64,000 nt of DNA. Source: Octopus vulgaris (Eukaryota). Below the pieces are notes generated by a model. It did not search any database. It was not told the DNA's origin and saw only the letters and a program-made list of their open reading frames with translations. A program made the position numbers and the translations under genes. The stretch lies in NCBI GenBank assembly GCA_951406725.2, contig OX597815.1:3410001-3474000 (forward strand). The letters run 5' to 3'. Positions 59,145 to 64,000 of this stretch are shown here, piece by piece (position 1 is the stretch's first letter; each line of letters begins with the position of its first letter).

Positions 59145-59605
59145 TTGATCCGTTGCTTTGACAATTTAAAGGTCAAAACTACTATACTTTCCAGTATTTA
59201 AAACTTAGGAACTGAGTTTGTCAAAAATTTTTATAATGGAGCTTTTTAAGACTTCACAAAAGAATGTAAGTAGGCCGCGTGTTTTAGTTGGTCAATTTTT
59301 TTTACTCATTTTTTTTGCTGTTATTTAGGGAACTTTTTTTTTTAATTAAATTTTTCCCATTTTTACATGAATATATTCTTTTACTTACTTGTTTCAGTCC
59401 TATGACTGCGGCCATGCTGGAGCACCGCCTTTACTCGAAACAAATCGACCCCAGGACTTATTGACTTATTCTTTGTAAACCTATTACTTATTCTATCGGT
59501 CTCTTTCACCGAACTGCTAAGATACGGGGACGTAAACATACCAGCATCGGTTGTCAAACGATGGTGGAGGACAAACACAGATACTACAAACACACACATA
59601 CATAT

Positions 59606-59685
<80 letters not shown>

Positions 59686-60320
59686 GATGGGCTTCTTTCA
59701 GTTTCCACTCACAAGGCTTTGGTCGGCCCGAGGCTATAGTAGAAGATAGTTGCCGAAGGTGCCAAGCAGTGGTACTGAACCCGGAGCTTTGTGGTTGGTA
59801 AACGAGCTACCTACTACACAGCCATGCCTGCACATATCTTATAATGTTCCACTTTTGCGCATGTTCAGAAACGTAAAATATATGTATTATGAAATTCGTA
59901 CTTTTAAAACAGAATTGAAGAAATATTTATAAGCACATAGTCTTCAAACTCTACGTCCATGAAAAACAACGTCCATGAGAAACAAAGGTTAAAATTCTTT
60001 CATTGCTTATAGAACGTTGAACAACTGGAGAGACAGGCCAACAACCTTTGCACCAAGCCATATCCGTTTATGAACATCAAAGCTAAAGGTAAACAAATGT
60101 CTATATTAACAACACCACGACATGCCCGACTAATAACCCAAACCTTCCAAATATAAACAGGAAATACCCTAAATAACAACAACATACAAAGCTAAAACAT
60201 ACCACCTACTTACATTCTTTTGTGAATCCCGTTACCAAAAAGTTGACACACCCAATTACTAAATTCTGAAATACTGTGCTGTGTACCTTTGACCTTTAAA
60301 TTATCAAAGCAAAGGATTAT
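59145..60320. repeat. Old inverted-repeat pair (about 59145-59290 and 60190-60320) enclosing a SINE B
   Basis: gctttgacaatttaaaggtcaaa and ttcacaaaagaatgtaagtagg recur in reverse complement at 60287-60310 and 60204-60226. Confidence 0.65.
59376..59832 (-). mobile_element. SINE family B, full copy
   Basis: Head, core and tail match family B. The internal (TA)n is expanded. Confidence 0.87.
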
Positions 60321-60346
60321 TAAATCCAATAAAACCCAAAGGAACC

Positions 60347-60569
60347 TATTTCTGTACTACCCACAAGGGGCTAAACGCAGAGAGGACAAACAAGGACAGA
60401 CAAACGGATTAAGTCGATTATATCGACCCCAGTGCGTAACTGGTACTTATTTAATCGACCCCGAAAGGATGAAAGGCAAAGTCGAACTCGGCGGAATTTG
60501 AACTCAGAATTTGAAATACCGCTAAGCATTCCGTCCGGCGTGCTAACGATTCTGCCAGCTCGCCGCCTT
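60347..60569 (-). mobile_element. SINE family A with a 15-bp target-site duplication
   Basis: The family A body is flanked by aaacccaaaggaacc at 60332-60346 and 60570-60584. Confidence 0.9.
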
Positions 60570-60992
60570 AAACCCAAAGGAACCGATGAAGAGCGGCGCA
60601 TTCCAAACGTTGACGAGAATTACGGGAAATACGCTTTGGTGTATGGCCGTGAAAGAAAACGATGCATCGGCGTAAAAAACCGGTGCGTCGAACAAAAGCA
60701 GCTGCTGACGTTTATTTATTTAGTTATTATGAGTTATGTCTGTTTATTCCAAGATGCTTTTCGTACTTCCAGAATCGAAACAATGACGCAGATGATGACG
60801 ACGACGACGATGACAGAGTTGGTGATGATGATGATGATGATGATGTTGGTAGTGGTGGCGGTGGCGGTAGCGGCATCGGTGATGGTGGACGCTACCTCAG
60901 CACTTATTGCCTTATTGATGCTATTAAATGGGACAACATTGGATAATAGACACACATACACACAGACATATGACGTGTATGTATATATATAT

Positions 60993-61049
<57 letters not shown>

Positions 61050-61419
61050 CACACATATATATATATAACGTAAGCTGAAGTGCGTTAAGTGACTGGATGC
61101 CTTAGAGAAATATTTCGTTGGTGGGGGGGGTGATAGGGCGGGGATGGAACTATCGACACAAACACAGGAAGTAATGTGACGGTAAATCGAAAACGAGGCA
61201 AAGTCATCGTTTTACAATTGTGACTCCATTACGTTGCATTGTTGTTTTTTTTTCTATTTATGTTTTACTAATTTTTTTTATTTTTTTTATTTTGCGTTTC
61301 TGTATTTTGCTGTTGTTGTTGTTGTTGTTGTTGACCATCTTCTGTTTCATTGGTTTTTGTTGTTTTCTTTTTTTCCTTTTCTTCTTTTCTATCATCTTCA
61401 ATTTCTCCTTCCCCTTCCG

Positions 61420-61549
61420 CCTCCTCCTCCTCCTCCTTCTCCTCCTCCTTCATCATCATCATCATCATCATCTTCTTGTTCTGCTGTTCTTCCCCTACTT
61501 CCTCCTTCCCCCATTCCTCTCGTCGGCGTCGTCGCCATCTTATAAGCGT

Positions 61550-61581
<32 letters not shown>

Positions 61582-61615
61582 TCATCATCCTCATCATCAT
61601 CATCATCACCACCAC

Positions 61616-61679
<64 letters not shown>

Positions 61680-62016
61680 GTCGTCGTCGTCGTCGTCCTT
61701 GTCATCAGTATTATTAGTGTCATCATTTCTCTCGCTGTTATCCTTACTTCACTTTCCGTTGTTGATGTTTTTTCTGTATTTCCCACAATGCAATGCACTT
61801 ATTGGCTTTTGTTATTGTTATTGATGTTCGCATTGCTGGTTGTCTGCTGGGGTGAACCGGGTAGAGCGCCGACCCTTTTATCACCACCACCAACACCATT
61901 ACCCCACCGCCATCGCCACCACCACCACCACCACCACCGCCATTACCCCACCGCTGTCGCCATCACCATAACTATCAGCAGCAGCAGCAGCAGCAGCAGC
62001 AGCATCGTCGTCGTCG

Positions 62017-62060
<44 letters not shown>

Positions 62061-62290
62061 GCCACCGCCACAAACATCTCTACCACCACCACCACCACCA
62101 TCATCACCATCATCACCACCATCATCATCATCATCATCATTATCATCATCACCATCATCACTATCACTCCCACCGCCACCACTACTACCACCGCCACCGC
62201 CGCCGCCATCATCATCCCCACCGCCACAACCATCAGTACCACCAGCACCACTAGCGCTGTCGTCATCGTCGTTGTTGTTGTTGTTGTTAT
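61420..62290. repeat. Degenerate (ATC)/(ACC)/(GTC)/(AGC) trinucleotide arrays
   Basis: Directly visible. Confidence 0.93.
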
Positions 62291-62649
62291 TGGACATCTT
62301 CACTTTCTGCCCCCCACCCGCCACACCATTCCCCACTTCCTTGTTATCATTTCCATCGTGAAACAGATACAATCACTTAAGACAACAATCTCTCCAATTG
62401 TGGCACCACTACCACCACCACAACAACAACAACCTCAACTGTAATGTACACCTACCATTACACCACTGCACTCGACACAGTCCTGTTATTGATGTTCGTC
62501 TAGTTGCTGTTGATGAAGAGTCTATTGGTGGCCGTGATGATAGTGATGCTGGTGGCGGTGTACCATCATCATCACCATCACCATCACCATCACTACATTG
62601 GATATCATACATATACGTTAAGCTGTATATATAAATAAAAATAAATGCG

Positions 62650-62748
62650 CCCTTTTTAAAGCCTAGCCAGGCTCATGGGCCCGGTTTCCCGGTTTCAATG
62701 GCGTATGTGTTCCCCAGCTGGACGGGACGCCAGTCCATCGCAGCGTTA
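62650..62748 (-). mobile_element. SINE 3' fragment with a V-domain-like motif
   Basis: The minus-strand ctgcgatggactggcgtcccgtccag resembles the conserved V-SINE block as I recall it. Single copy in the window. Confidence 0.45.
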
Positions 62749-63762
62749 ATCATAGAAAATGTGGGATCTTCTTTCGGGGTTGTCTATCCTGCTGAAGACT
62801 GCATCTAAATTTCTCTTAAATCTCGTCCTTTTGTCTTATAAAACCTCAGAAAGAACACATTAGATTGTCTTACACGCGACTAAATCGATGGGATGGTTAC
62901 GTCTGGAAGTTCTTTGGGATACTGGATATGGATTGATCTGTCATTAAACAACACAGACAACAGACCAACACAACACAGACAACAGTAACAACAACAACAA
63001 CAACAACAGCTGCAACAACTTTAACAGCCACATCGGCAACAAAGATAACAAATCGTAACAAAGATAACAACAACAGCAACAACCACAGCAACAACAAACC
63101 AGCAATAATCTCCAGCGCTACTACTATTACTACTACTACTATTAGCACCACCACTATCAACAACAACAACAACACCAATAGAATGAGTGATTTTAAATTC
63201 AACGAAACTAAAGGAGAAGCCATTTTGGAGACATGGCGATGTCCTGGTTGTTGGTGGAGATGGAATTGTCTGTTTTGGTAAAATAGCTTTGGGATTTCTT
63301 TGACTCTTATATTGGTTCCAATCAACTGAGTACAACCATACTAGGGTACCATTATCAATAGATAACATTGATTTTGTACCACATATGAGCCTGGTATTTG
63401 TTCTTAATCGATACCTGTCGAATTGCTGTAATATTACATTCTAGCACGACGTCGGTTTTACACCTGTAAACAGGTGAAAGAAACATCGGAGACGCTATGC
63501 AGTAGAATGAAAATAAGGACCATTGTCTTTGATTGCTCGAAATGGGGAGTAGAAAGACAGCCGACAACTAATGAAGGGTCGTTCTTTGTATTCTTTGTAT
63601 TATGCTTTGTATTATGCTTCAAGGATTGCCACATATTAGAGGAGGATCTTAGTAATAACGGTGTAGCAAAACGGCGGTGTATCAGCATCGCCCCCAGCTC
63701 TGAGCTGAAACTAGAAGGAAAAAGAATTATATATATATATAAATATATATATATACATATAT

Positions 63763-63930
63763 ATACAACAGGCTTCTTTCAGTTTCCGTCTACCAAATCC
63801 GTTCACAAGGCTTTGGTCGGCCCAAGGATACAGTAGAAGACACTTGCCCAAGGTGCCATGCAGTGGGACTGAACCCGGAACTAAATGGTTGGTAAGGAAG
63901 CTCCTTACCACACAGCCACTCCTGCGCCTA
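63763..63930 (-). mobile_element. SINE family B, 5' half
   Basis: caggcttctttcagtttccgtctacc..agacacttgcccaaggtgcc..ccacacagccactcctgcgccta matches family B. Confidence 0.87.
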
Positions 63931-63968
63931 TATATATATGTTTCTTCTTCTTCTTCTTCTTCTTCTTC

Positions 63969-64000
<32 letters not shown>

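Overview
Eukaryotic, AT-rich, repeat-saturated DNA with no recognisable host protein-coding exon. Nearly all long ORFs in the track are translated microsatellites ((TA)n, (TACA)n, (TAGA)n, (CA)n, (ATT/ATC)n, (GGT)n). The SINE sequences and microsatellite load resemble an Octopus/coleoid cephalopod genome; this is my inference, not a database result. Supported content: two decayed copies of one Tc1/mariner (DD34E-type) transposon; three CR1-like LINE RT fragments, one with a single nonsense codon; R4/Dong-like restriction-endonuclease LINE 3' ends; and about 25 copies of three tRNA-derived SINE families, including tandem multimers with target-site duplications. The strongest unexplained signal is about 10 complete or variant, plus several partial, minimal type I hammerhead ribozyme motifs (stem I-CUGANGA-stem II-GAAA-short palindromic stem III-GUH-stem I'). 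They lie on both strands in short non-coding repeats beside (TA)n tracts, often within long fold-back inverted repeats. This matches the architecture of Penelope-like retroelement terminal repeats or retrozyme-like non-autonomous elements. Recurrent core variants (CUGUUGA, CCGACGA) and fold-back points in or next to the ribozyme deserve follow-up. All structures and coordinates were read by eye and may be off by a few bases.
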